The notes: generated by a model from the letters alone, not told the origin. A stretch of 64,000 nucleotides of DNA from Nitrososphaeria archaeon (GCA_027078545.1 JALWXN010000004.1:672001-736000); one strand, 5' to 3'. Positions 31,030-40,487 are shown, numbered from the stretch's first letter. Program-made: numbers and translations.

Positions 31030-32018
31030 TCACCATGAGAAATGTCATACAAATAATAATGATGGTCCTCACTATATCGCTGCTGGTTAGCTCTTCTGCC
31101 TTAGTGGCAAGAGATGGCTTTGAGGTCTCGTATGAACCGATATACTCAAGTAACAGACTTTCAATTACAAGGGTAGTCATGGAGCTTAACATCATAGACA
31201 ACGTTGTTATCATGAGGTATGAGGATTTCTCTAGGGATCCCGTCACCCTCATAACTGGGGAGATAGCTAGGAGGACTGGAGGAGGGTTGGACGAGTCAGA
31301 CTTTAGCTGGATGATTAAGGTAGGCTATAACGATGTGTTGCGGGACCTCTACAATAGGTATCCTAGTCTCGGGGGTGTCTACCCAGTCGATAGGGACACG
31401 TTCCTACTTATGATGATGGGGAGTGACGAGTCCAAGATCCAGCGTGATGTCTTGGGCATAGCTGGCTATATGAAGTCTGGCCTCGGGCTTGGATCGATAG
31501 ATATCTACTATATCCAGCTACCCATCGACCCCTACGTGCCAGACACCGATCTCTATCACTACTCTGAGCTGTACTCCAGCCTAATGGCTAGCGGTGAGAT
31601 ACCCGAATATCTCTTCATGTTCACGATAACGAATGGCGTGCCCGAGTTCGGGGCCTGGCTCAGCTGTGAGGTTGACGGCACCAGGGTTACACATAACTAC
31701 TATGAGGTCGTCAATGGGGTTAGGAGCCTAGCCGACAAGATGTTCGGGAAGGATTCTAAAGTGGTTCTACACGTTGTGTCGGTGTGCGGTGGCCTGGAGC
31801 CCCTAGTAAACCCTGGGTCTAGCCAGGCAGTATCGATAGAGGACCAACTAGCCCCCAGTTTAGAGGAGGAAAAGGAGACCGAGGCCTCAACAGAGAGTGG
31901 ATCATCACACATGGCAGGAGAGATAGCCAGTCTCTACCCATACATAACACTACTCATAGCACTATCCATAGCTATCCCAGCAGCATACCTACTCCTCCGC
32001 AGAGTATCAGGAATCTAA
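31020..32018 (+). CDS. Secreted, C-terminally anchored protein of unknown function (protease partner 1)
   Basis: Signal peptide, acidic/Ser linker, C-terminal TM with RR tail; start overlaps the protease stop. Confidence 0.8.
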   Translation: MVVITMRNVIQIIMMVLTISLLVSSSALVARDGFEVSYEPIYSSNRLSITRVVMELNIIDNVVIMRYEDFSRDPVTLITGEIARRTGGGLDESDFSWMIKVGYNDVLRDLYNRYPSLGGVYPVDRDTFLLMMMGSDESKIQRDVLGIAGYMKSGLGLGSIDIYYIQLPIDPYVPDTDLYHYSELYSSLMASGEIPEYLFMFTITNGVPEFGAWLSCEVDGTRVTHNYYEVVNGVRSLADKMFGKDSKVVLHVVSVCGGLEPLVNPGSSQAVSIEDQLAPSLEEEKETEASTESGSSHMAGEIASLYPYITLLIALSIAIPAAYLLLRRVSGI

Positions 32019-32309
32019 TTCCCATCCCTCATCCTTTTTACCATCTTTGGATGAGCGGTTAGCCGTAGTTCAATGCTAGAGACGGCCTGTTCAGCAAATA
32101 TGACAATATATGGATAGATATCGTCAATACCATGCTTTCCAAATTAGGAGATCGAGGATAAGATTGCTTAGGGGTAAATACATAGATTGGTCTTTTGGGG
32201 TAATGTCTCCCATAGTGTTTATAAATAAAACATGCTTATTGATACATCCTAACATGTAGTAACAAGGTGTTAAAACTTATTAGGTCTTAATAGAGATATT
32301 ATTTTTGAA

Positions 32310-33110
32310 ATGGTAGTTAAAGGGCACAATAGGAATATCAAGCTGAAAATATTGTCACTGGTGACGATCCCAATGCTGTTACAGGTGCAGCTGATCCCGT
32401 TGGTATGGCCGCCCGCTTGGTACCCCCGTAGCGATATCATTGGAGGATTGGCGATTGGAATCTACCTGTACTATGATAGAACAATGGAAGAGTATCCGAC
32501 TTCTATATGTACAGTAGGATATGCGGCTATAAAGGACGGAGTTGAAGGATATGTAACCGCGGGACATTGTTTCGACGGTGTTACGGGCTATTTCAATCCA
32601 CCAAATATGTGGTGGTGGAAAGTCTACCAACCACCTAATGGATCAAACATCCGCTACGTCGGTTCACCATCCCATGTATATGGGGACGCAGACTATATCG
32701 ATACAGGGTTCGTCCCCTATAGCAATGTAAAGCCATTAGTGCTAACCCTAGATGCTCTTGGTAATCCGTTTATGGCACCAGTGAAGAGAATGATCCCATG
32801 GTTTGAGATCACTAGGGGTATGGAAGTCTATAAGACTGGATCCATCTCGGGGGTTACCTACGGCGAAGTTGATAACAAATACATCACCTTCTTAAGGGTT
32901 AAATGGGTTGTAAAGATAGTAGGTGAACCGTCGACTGGTGGCGATAGTGGCGGTCCAGTATATGTTAAGAAACCAGTAAGAATCGATTGGTTCTGGACAT
33001 ATGAGATCCACTTAGTCTCAATCGTCTCTGGTGGCACTCCATTTTCGACATACACAATATCAGTCCATGGAATTTTCCTTGAAACTAACATTCAGCCCAT
33101 TAGGTGGTGA
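32310..33110 (+). CDS. Secreted S1 serine protease, copy 2
   Basis: Paralogue of 30235: IIGG, CTVG, TAGHC, YIDT, GDSGGP. Confidence 0.85.
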   Translation: MVVKGHNRNIKLKILSLVTIPMLLQVQLIPLVWPPAWYPRSDIIGGLAIGIYLYYDRTMEEYPTSICTVGYAAIKDGVEGYVTAGHCFDGVTGYFNPPNMWWWKVYQPPNGSNIRYVGSPSHVYGDADYIDTGFVPYSNVKPLVLTLDALGNPFMAPVKRMIPWFEITRGMEVYKTGSISGVTYGEVDNKYITFLRVKWVVKIVGEPSTGGDSGGPVYVKKPVRIDWFWTYEIHLVSIVSGGTPFSTYTISVHGIFLETNIQPIRW

Positions 33111-34138
33111 GGTGTATGATCGCGGCGAGGGTGGGCATAATAGTGTTATGTCTAATTCTAGTAGGGTCTCTGGTGGTTACTGACGCTAAGCCCAGCGGTG
33201 TCAGCTATCAAACAATAATTATCAACTCGCGTTATGAGGTGACTAGGGTTCATATGCCCTTCGAGTACGTGGATGATATGCTTGTTTACAATGAGCTGAT
33301 GTTAGATGCATATGTATTGGTCAATGCCAGTATAGCTAATAAAAGTCAGCATAAGCCTTTCCTAAGGTTGATCGAGGAGGATCCGATTTTCTATGGGTTA
33401 CTAAAGGACAAATTCATGCAGGAGAGAATAGTCTTGTTCCCTAACATGAATGTGTTCTGGGTAACTCTTGACAGCTTCTACGCTGAAGTGATGAATGCGG
33501 ATGAGGATGAGGCTCTGGAAGAGGTTTTGAGGCTAGCTGGCTATCTATGGTCTCTGCTCCGCTCTAATAAGATTCATGTAGATAGGGTTAGGGTGTACTA
33601 TCTTCAGATACCGTTGGATCCGTACATACCTAGTGAGATGGAGATGTACTATGCGGATAAGTACTTCGGGTTGATGGACAACGGCTCTATACCCGAGTAC
33701 GTCTTTATGTTCGGCTTCCTATATGGGCGTGATGCCATGATACCTCAGTTCGGTGGCTGGCTTAGCTGTAAGTTTGACGACACCAAGGTGTTGTATACCC
33801 GTCAGGAGGTCCTGTCGGGTATCCGCTCCCTGGCGGATAGGATGTTTGGTGAGGGATCCCCAATAGTTGTGATCATCACATCAGAGTGCCCCGAGATAGC
33901 GCCATTACCAGCTAGATTAAATGACGTTCAGGGGATGGATACTCAGGTCACCCCCAATACCACTCCTGGTGATGGTAATACCGAGCCTATAGCCAGGGAT
34001 GGTAGGGATGTTGAGCGTGTGGATACGGGTCTTGAGGTTGGCGGGGTCGATGAGAGCTATCTACTATCCTTCCTGGCCGCTGTGGCTATAGTGTTGCTAA
34101 CCACTTTCGTGCTCCTGGGTAAGAGGCTTGGTGGCTAG
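33104..34138 (+). CDS. Secreted, C-terminally anchored protein (protease partner 2)
   Basis: Paralogue of 31020: YY.Q.P.DPY.P, IPEY.FMF, FG.WLSC, RSLAD.MFG; C-terminal TM. Confidence 0.8.
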   Translation: MVRCMIAARVGIIVLCLILVGSLVVTDAKPSGVSYQTIIINSRYEVTRVHMPFEYVDDMLVYNELMLDAYVLVNASIANKSQHKPFLRLIEEDPIFYGLLKDKFMQERIVLFPNMNVFWVTLDSFYAEVMNADEDEALEEVLRLAGYLWSLLRSNKIHVDRVRVYYLQIPLDPYIPSEMEMYYADKYFGLMDNGSIPEYVFMFGFLYGRDAMIPQFGGWLSCKFDDTKVLYTRQEVLSGIRSLADRMFGEGSPIVVIITSECPEIAPLPARLNDVQGMDTQVTPNTTPGDGNTEPIARDGRDVERVDTGLEVGGVDESYLLSFLAAVAIVLLTTFVLLGKRLGG

Positions 34139-34560
34139 GGTTTCTGTACTACCCCCTCCCCCTCTTTATCTCCTCCCCTCTCGGTGAATAGGTTCTTAGC
34201 CTCCTCGGTGGATAGTAGATAGATTATCCCCAGGTTTATCACTATGAGTATGAAGCCTTGGGGGAGGAAGAGGGTAGCGACTATCCCAGCAGTTGCCGCC
34301 AGGGCGATGGCTATGTATCTCCCCCACCACCTCCTGAGTATTAGCCCTACCCCCGCGGCAACGGAGAGGCTGTTTATGAAGAGGATTATTATGATGTCGA
34401 GTAGGTAGAGGAGGGGCTGGTCCCTCTCCACTGGGAGGCCGGGCATCCTAGAGCCGGTTATGAGTGAGTATGCCAGGACACCTAGGTTTGCGGCTCCCCA
34501 TACTAGGTAGACCACGCCTAGACCCTGTATAACCGTCTTCAACGCCATGCTACTCCCCAC
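34135..34560 (-). CDS. Small 4-TM membrane protein
   Basis: Hydrophobic; GL..RRWWGR and YL...E.K..F pattern. Confidence 0.7.
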   Translation of the reverse strand: MGSSMALKTVIQGLGVVYLVWGAANLGVLAYSLITGSRMPGLPVERDQPLLYLLDIIIILFINSLSVAAGVGLILRRWWGRYIAIALAATAGIVATLFLPQGFILIVINLGIIYLLSTEEAKNLFTERGGDKEGEGVVQKP

Positions 34561-34975
34561 CCATCGTCACATCCTCACCAGGCTCCTCCAGGAGGTTGAA
34601 GAACCTCTTCACCCCTGGGCTGGCGAGGTATGCAAGGGGTATTAGGAGGAGGCCTGCAAATACTATGTTGCCTATACTGAATATACTTGTGAAGAGTATG
34701 TTGAGTATCCCCGTGAGTATGAGTAGGACCTCCCCATACCAGGACCATATCCTCCCGTGGTAGAGGCCATAGCTCATCATGAATCCCAGGCCCGAGAGGA
34801 TCATGATCGTGGTGGATATGTATAGGACCTGTACAAGCCCAACTTCACCGTTATCTACCATCGTTATGGGGAGGAGTAGGGTTGTTATGGCGGTGAAGAA
34901 TAGTAGGGTGGAGAAGGCTATCTGTATGAGTGACAGGACCACTATGCCTGTTGGCCTCTCGACGCCCCTGTCCAT
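34550..34975 (-). CDS. Small 4-TM membrane protein, similar architecture to its neighbour
   Basis: RPTGI, GL..GRIWSW, YL..PGVKRFF. Confidence 0.7.
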   Translation of the reverse strand: MDRGVERPTGIVVLSLIQIAFSTLLFFTAITTLLLPITMVDNGEVGLVQVLYISTTIMILSGLGFMMSYGLYHGRIWSWYGEVLLILTGILNILFTSIFSIGNIVFAGLLLIPLAYLASPGVKRFFNLLEEPGEDVTMGGE

Positions 34976-35016
34976 GACAAGATGTATATCATGGCGAGTA
35001 GGTATAATAGTGTGGC

Positions 35017-35487
35017 ATGGAGGGGCTGGGGGATAGGTACGACGCCTCTGTCGAGGCCTATGAGAAGCTCTACTCGGGTATAAACACTAGGAAGTATATG
35101 GTCCTCCTAGACAGGCTGGGTGATGGCGACCTACTCGAGATAGGTATTGGGACTGGCTACCACTGCGGACTTATCGGGGGCTACGGGGTAGGCGTGGATA
35201 TAAGCCTCGAGAGTCTTAGGAGGGCGTCGGGGAGATGTGGAAACCTTGATCTTATCTATGGCGATGTTAGGCATGGCTTCCTCAGGCCCGGATTCAGGAG
35301 GGGCTTAGCAGTGTCGACATGCCACCACATCGGGCTAGATAAATGTATCGAGATACTGGGCAGGCTTACCGAGAGATGGGCGGCTGGGCTCCTAGCAAAA
35401 CTGGTTAGTGATGACCTCCTCCAGATGCTTAGCGAGGACTATGAGGTTGTGAGGCTCTGGGACGAGGTATTCATACTAGGGCCCTAG
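35017..35487 (+). CDS. Class I SAM-dependent methyltransferase (short)
   Basis: LLEIGIGTG, GVDIS, GD. Confidence 0.75.
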   Translation: MEGLGDRYDASVEAYEKLYSGINTRKYMVLLDRLGDGDLLEIGIGTGYHCGLIGGYGVGVDISLESLRRASGRCGNLDLIYGDVRHGFLRPGFRRGLAVSTCHHIGLDKCIEILGRLTERWAAGLLAKLVSDDLLQMLSEDYEVVRLWDEVFILGP

Positions 35488-35618
35488 TGGGATCCCAATT
35501 GGAGTCACTCCTCATCCCATGAAGGGTCAGAACCCTTTAGCGGTCATCTCCCACTCAAATAGGATTGGCTAGAGAGAAAATTATCCCGTTTTAACCCTGG
35601 AGGGTGGAATGTATTCTT

Positions 35619-35683
35619 GGCGATGATATAGGATCAACCGGCTGACCCCCAAGGGGGATGAAGAGTTTTACCCATGTTGAGCC
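35619..35683 (+). ncRNA. Archaeal C/D-box guide sRNA
   Basis: GGC/GCC terminal stem; C ATGATAT 35623-29; guide AGGATCAACCGG; D' CTGA 35642-45; CCCCC-aa-GGGGG stem; C' ATGAAGA 35658-64; second guide; D TTGA 35677-80. The first guide is the exact complement of the conserved 16S segment CCGGUUGAUCCU. Confidence 0.88.
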
Positions 35684-35738
35684 TTCAAGCAGATGGGATG
35701 AACCCTTTATTCCCGACCCCGGCTAATCACCTATATAC

Positions 35739-38210
35739 ATGGTCGTAGAGGCCTATCGAAAGGTGGGTAGGGGGTTCACCTTCCCCGGCTATGAAGCGAG
35801 GTTCACCCCTAGGCCCGGCTACCTACTCACACATGCATCGATAGAGGTGTGGATCAAGCCTGTGGAGAAGACCCTTGAGGGCGTGGTGGAGTATAAGATC
35901 TCCTCGGGTGAGAGGGCTAGGAGGATCGAGCTCGACGCCTCGGAGATGGAGATCCTGGAGGTCCTGGTTGATGGGGAGCCGGTAGAGTTTAGATATACCG
36001 GTGAGAAGCTGGTAATACCCTTTACACCCCCTCTTACAAGGAGGATTAGGAGCCTCGTCGTCAGGTATCGGGTTGTGGATCCCAGGTATGGCCTCTACTT
36101 CATAGAGGACCCGCCTATGGTATATACCCAGGGGGAGACGATATGGACTAGCTACTGGCTCCCCACCTATAGGGAGCCTAACATGAGGATCTCCTTCGAC
36201 ATGACTATCCACGCACCAGCCGAGTGGAGGGCCTTCTCAAACGGCGTCCTAGTCTCGGCCGAGAGGGTTGGGGGCGAGTCTATATGGAGATACAGCTTCA
36301 GCTACCCAGTCCCGACCTACCTCATAGCCTTCGCGGCGGGCCGCTTCACCGTTGAGAGGGAGGATTATAGGGGTATCCAGCTCGAGTATATAGTGGCTGA
36401 GGGTGAGGAGGCCAAGATAGAGCCTACCTTCAGGATGACCCGGGACATGATGAGGTTCTTCGAGGAGTGGCTCGGGGTACAGTATCCCTACCCGGTCTAT
36501 AGACAGGTCATGGTTAGGGACTTCGTCGTGGGTGGTATGGAGAACGTATCGATAACTATCCTTAATGACGCCACACTCATGGATGAGCATTCCAAGAAGG
36601 ACTTCAGGGTCGAGGATCTCCTGAGCCATGAGCTTGCCCACCAGTGGTTCGGAGACCTAGTCACGTGTAGGGACTGGAGCCATATATGGATAAACGAGGG
36701 CTTCGCCACCTTCCTCAACCTACTGTATATCAGGCACTGGCTCGGGATGGATGAATACATATATAGCCTCTTAGGAGTCATGGATAGGTACCTCGAGGAG
36801 ACGAGGAGGTATACAAGGCCGACTGTATATAGGGTGTATAGATATCCCGAGGAGCTCTTCGACAGGCACGTCTATGAACGGGGAGCCCTGATCCTAAACA
36901 TGCTGATGAACCTACTGGGGGAGGAGGTCTTCAGGAAGGCTGTTAAGAAGTTCCTCAACCGTTACCGCTTCCAGAACGTGGATACTGAGGATCTCAGGAA
37001 GACTTTTGAGGAGGTCTCCGGCGAGGATCTCGACTGGTTCTTCGAGACATTCGTCTACAACGCGGGGCATATGGAGCTGGAGGTCTCTGTGGAGCCCCTG
37101 GAGGATCAGCAGGCTGTCAGGATAGACATATCACAGAGGCAGGGTGTGGATATGCCGGAGGTCTATAAAGTGCCTATCGAGGTGGAGGTTGTCGGGGATG
37201 GCTGGAGCATAAGGAGGACATACAGGCTTGAGAAGAGGGATGAGCGGATAATAATGCCTGTTAGGAAGGGCTTCAAATATGTACTGGTGGATCCGGACTT
37301 CAAGTTGATGGCTAGGATCAGGCCTAAGTATCCCCTCGACATGCTGGGTGAGATACTCCTCGGCTCCAAGAGCACTTATTGGAGGCTCCTAGCCGCGAGG
37401 GCACTAGGGGAGAAGAAGGGGAAGAGGGTGGTCGACCTACTCGTAGAGGCGATAAGGAGGAGCGGCTTCTATGGTGTAGCCAAGGAGGCGGCGGTATCAC
37501 TCGGCCTCGAAGGCTCGGACTATGCGAAGAAGATGCTTAGGGAGCTGCTTGGGGAGGATCTACACCCCAGGGTGAGGGCCGCCCTAGTAAGATCCCTAGG
37601 AGGCTATAGGGACGAGGGTGATGCCCAGCTATTCATTGACATCCTTAGGGATCCCGGTGAGCCCTACGGGGTCAGGGCGGAGGCTGCCCAGGCCCTCGGC
37701 AAGACAAGGTATAGAGGGGGTATAGATGTGCTTAGATCCATACTTAATGAGTGGAGCTATGCATATGTTGTCCAGAGATATGCACTCAGAGGCCTAGCGG
37801 AGTATGACGATGACGAGGCCTTCCAGGAGATACTTAGGAGATCGAGGCCCGGGAACCCCCTACCGATAAGGGTGGAGGCTATTACACAGCTGGGCAGGTA
37901 TCCGGAGAGGAAGGAGGTCTACAGGGCTCTTGACGAGTATGCCTCGGACAGGCATGAGCGGGTCAGGAGGGCCGTGGTAGCCGCGGCTAGGCAGCTGATG
38001 AATAGGCGGGCATTACCCATTATTGAGAAGATACTTAGGGACGAGGCCAACGGGTTCATAGCCAAGGCATGCCTCCTGGCAAGGAGAGAGGTTGAGGAGG
38101 CCCTGGAGAAGGGTGAGGAGTATAAGAGGCTTATAAAGAAGCTGGAGGAGATCGAGAGCCGCTGGAGAGACATATACAGTAGGATCGAGGTGCTCGACAT
38201 CCATGGATAG
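35739..38210 (+). CDS. pepN: M1 aminopeptidase with C-terminal HEAT repeats
   Basis: GGMEN, HELAHQW-x-NEG, YERG; HEAT-like repeats and coiled-coil tail. Confidence 0.92.
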   Translation: MVVEAYRKVGRGFTFPGYEARFTPRPGYLLTHASIEVWIKPVEKTLEGVVEYKISSGERARRIELDASEMEILEVLVDGEPVEFRYTGEKLVIPFTPPLTRRIRSLVVRYRVVDPRYGLYFIEDPPMVYTQGETIWTSYWLPTYREPNMRISFDMTIHAPAEWRAFSNGVLVSAERVGGESIWRYSFSYPVPTYLIAFAAGRFTVEREDYRGIQLEYIVAEGEEAKIEPTFRMTRDMMRFFEEWLGVQYPYPVYRQVMVRDFVVGGMENVSITILNDATLMDEHSKKDFRVEDLLSHELAHQWFGDLVTCRDWSHIWINEGFATFLNLLYIRHWLGMDEYIYSLLGVMDRYLEETRRYTRPTVYRVYRYPEELFDRHVYERGALILNMLMNLLGEEVFRKAVKKFLNRYRFQNVDTEDLRKTFEEVSGEDLDWFFETFVYNAGHMELEVSVEPLEDQQAVRIDISQRQGVDMPEVYKVPIEVEVVGDGWSIRRTYRLEKRDERIIMPVRKGFKYVLVDPDFKLMARIRPKYPLDMLGEILLGSKSTYWRLLAARALGEKKGKRVVDLLVEAIRRSGFYGVAKEAAVSLGLEGSDYAKKMLRELLGEDLHPRVRAALVRSLGGYRDEGDAQLFIDILRDPGEPYGVRAEAAQALGKTRYRGGIDVLRSILNEWSYAYVVQRYALRGLAEYDDDEAFQEILRRSRPGNPLPIRVEAITQLGRYPERKEVYRALDEYASDRHERVRRAVVAAARQLMNRRALPIIEKILRDEANGFIAKACLLARREVEEALEKGEEYKRLIKKLEEIESRWRDIYSRIEVLDIHG

Positions 38211-38309
38211 CATAGAGAAGCGCTATATCGCCGATTTCAATACTTAATTATAAGTAGGTCGTATATACGAATCGGTATATTGGCCTAATAACATAATTTA
38301 TATTTTTCA

Positions 38310-38870
38310 ATGAGGACGAGTAGAGCCATCATACTTTTGGCGCTGTTGACGCTCTTAGCACTGGTAGGTACTGCGGTCTTCGTCTACCTACCAGTGAACG
38401 TCACCATCAATTCCGTAGGCCCACCAGTGATATTCCAGGCCGGTTCCAACGCTGGTGGAACTGATCTGGGCGGCAACACAATTCAAGTGACACTTGGGCC
38501 AAACTCGTCTAGTGCAACGATAGTTCTCCACCCAACGTATCAGAAGACATATTACCACGATATACTCCAGGTCTCTAACCCATCTCCCCCGGCTGGTGAC
38601 AACTACTACATAGGTATAAAGGTAGTATCACCCCTCACTGGAGCCGCCTTCTCATCAGCCGTTGCTAGGGTCTACGACTCTGCGAACAACCTCTTATTCA
38701 CAGCGGACCTGAAGACAGCTGGTACATATGGCTGGGCCACGCTTCTCCCAGATGGCCAGACATTCAGGATAGATATAGAGATAGTTATTACTGAGGGTGT
38801 CCCACTACCCAGCGGGTCGGTGACGTTCGAGCTAGTCTACAGCCCGCAGAGCGTGACGCCGCCACCGTAG
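38310..38870 (+). CDS. Secreted beta-rich pilin/fibre-like protein (TasA/AbpA-like candidate)
   Basis: Signal peptide, no C-terminal anchor, N-terminal Y.P...T.NSV.PP strand shared with next gene, operon with SipW-type peptidase. Confidence 0.5.
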   Translation: MRTSRAIILLALLTLLALVGTAVFVYLPVNVTINSVGPPVIFQAGSNAGGTDLGGNTIQVTLGPNSSSATIVLHPTYQKTYYHDILQVSNPSPPAGDNYYIGIKVVSPLTGAAFSSAVARVYDSANNLLFTADLKTAGTYGWATLLPDGQTFRIDIEIVITEGVPLPSGSVTFELVYSPQSVTPPP

Positions 38871-38875
38871 TAGCG

Positions 38876-40084
38876 ATGCTCTCCAGGATAGTGGCTATAC
38901 CCCTCATACCAATACTTTTTTTCATACCATATGTCCTGGGTGCAGAGTTTAGCTACTATCCTACATCCCTCACCCTTAATTCCGTCTCTCCCCCCATATC
39001 ACTGTATGATCCTGGGGTGTCGGGGGTAACGGTCTCCCTAGGGCCTAACTCGACTAGTGCCTCTATAACTGTTAAGGCTAGCGCACAGCCCTTCGATATA
39101 GTGGCTAATAGCGACTTTATAGGGCCTAGCCCCTGGCTATTCATCCCAGGCACGGACCTGATTAGTGCCACGGTTCTCCCGAGCTACTTAGGTAGGGTGG
39201 GTGTTGCTAATGTCTCTGGATCAGGTTCTCTCTTCACGGGATATACGGACTCGGCGTTCCTCTATCAGCAGATTACTTGGCCGACGACGCCTATCCTATT
39301 CGCCAATGTATATCTCGAGGCCTGTGTAGAGTATGCAGTGACCTCGGGCTTCTCAATACTTCTCCTCGACGCCACCGTATTCGTGGTTGATGCCAATACG
39401 TTGGCCGTGGTAGACTCGATAACCTTCATCCTAGACGTAGGATCATCATCCACCTGTACATGGAACACCTATACTGGTGGCCTGAACGTGGGTGCTTATA
39501 CCCCTGGTGGGACGTACTACTTCCTTATCAGGTATAGGGTGCAGAGCCTCTTTACACTCTTCGGTGGCTCGTACTATGCCAGGTTCTATACCGATCTGGC
39601 GAACATCACGGTTGCACCGGCTAACCCCACCTTCCTAGGTATATTCCTACTTGCCAATGCGTCTACAGGTATTTATAACGCCTCGCTGAGCCTCGTATCA
39701 GCCAGCTTCACCGGCACCGTGGATGCCAATATATGGCTGAGGAACAATACGGTCCAGGTCCAGTCCAGCTCGATCACTATATCGGCCTCCACGATAGTCA
39801 CCAGCCAGACATCAGAGCTCATCGTTACAACGGTTCCACCTGGATATTATAGTCTCGAGATGTGGCTGGACACCACGATCTCGCCTGGTGCCTCGGCCAC
39901 CCTAAACCTGGTCCTCAAGTATAGGATTCAGGACGGTGTTTATGTCGAGTACCCCATCCTGCTCAATATTGTTGACCCTCCCGATAGGGGTGGCCAGCCT
40001 AGTGAACCCCCTGATAAGATCTTCAAGATCTTATCTATTGATCCGCCCCCATATATTGAGTTCTTGAGGAGCTATGATCCGTAG
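38876..40084 (+). CDS. Larger secreted paralogue (possible minor/adhesin fibre subunit)
   Basis: Shares YYPTSLTLNSVSPP...VSLGPNSTSASITV with 38310; many N-x-S/T sequons; inserted domain. Confidence 0.5.
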   Translation: MLSRIVAIPLIPILFFIPYVLGAEFSYYPTSLTLNSVSPPISLYDPGVSGVTVSLGPNSTSASITVKASAQPFDIVANSDFIGPSPWLFIPGTDLISATVLPSYLGRVGVANVSGSGSLFTGYTDSAFLYQQITWPTTPILFANVYLEACVEYAVTSGFSILLLDATVFVVDANTLAVVDSITFILDVGSSSTCTWNTYTGGLNVGAYTPGGTYYFLIRYRVQSLFTLFGGSYYARFYTDLANITVAPANPTFLGIFLLANASTGIYNASLSLVSASFTGTVDANIWLRNNTVQVQSSSITISASTIVTSQTSELIVTTVPPGYYSLEMWLDTTISPGASATLNLVLKYRIQDGVYVEYPILLNIVDPPDRGGQPSEPPDKIFKILSIDPPPYIEFLRSYDP

Positions 40085-40487
40085 GCCGGGGCCCACGACA
40101 CTTATCGTACTAGTATTCGCCATACTGGTTCTCGGACGCTTCGTGGGTAGCCCGGTTGCAGCTGTGGTGATTGTTGGGCCCTCTATGGAGCCTACCCTGA
40201 ACGTGGGTGACCTGGTCATTCTCCGCTGGGCCGATCCGGAGGTTGGGGATATAGTCCTCTGGTGTAACACCCTGATGAACTGTGTTCTACACCGTGTTGT
40301 TGAGGTGGGCAAGGACTATATAGTTACGAGGGGAGACGCCAACGACATCAATGACCCTCCCGTCCTGAGGGAGCAGGTTAGATATGAGGCCCTACTATCG
40401 ATACCCAGGTATCTATGGATACCCGGCCTAGCCATACTGGTTATAGGTGCACATCTATATGAGAAGAGGAAGGAGGGGGGCGATTAA
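40074..40487 (+). CDS. Signal peptidase I, Ser-His (SipW/ER) type
   Basis: GPSMEP, GDL, HRVV, TRGDAN..DP. Confidence 0.88.
   Translation: MIRRPGPTTLIVLVFAILVLGRFVGSPVAAVVIVGPSMEPTLNVGDLVILRWADPEVGDIVLWCNTLMNCVLHRVVEVGKDYIVTRGDANDINDPPVLREQVRYEALLSIPRYLWIPGLAILVIGAHLYEKRKEGGD

Noticed and set aside
32055-32095. tRNA-like fragment (GCCGTAGTTCAATGCTAGAGACGGC) as an integration scar
   Set aside because: Only a loose D-arm resemblance; no anticodon arm, T-loop or acceptor pairing.
31015-33120. Programmed -1 frameshift fusing each protease to its partner (both partners are in the -1 frame)
   Set aside because: The offset is explained by ordinary GTGA stop/start overlap; there is no slippery heptamer and each partner has its own signal peptide.
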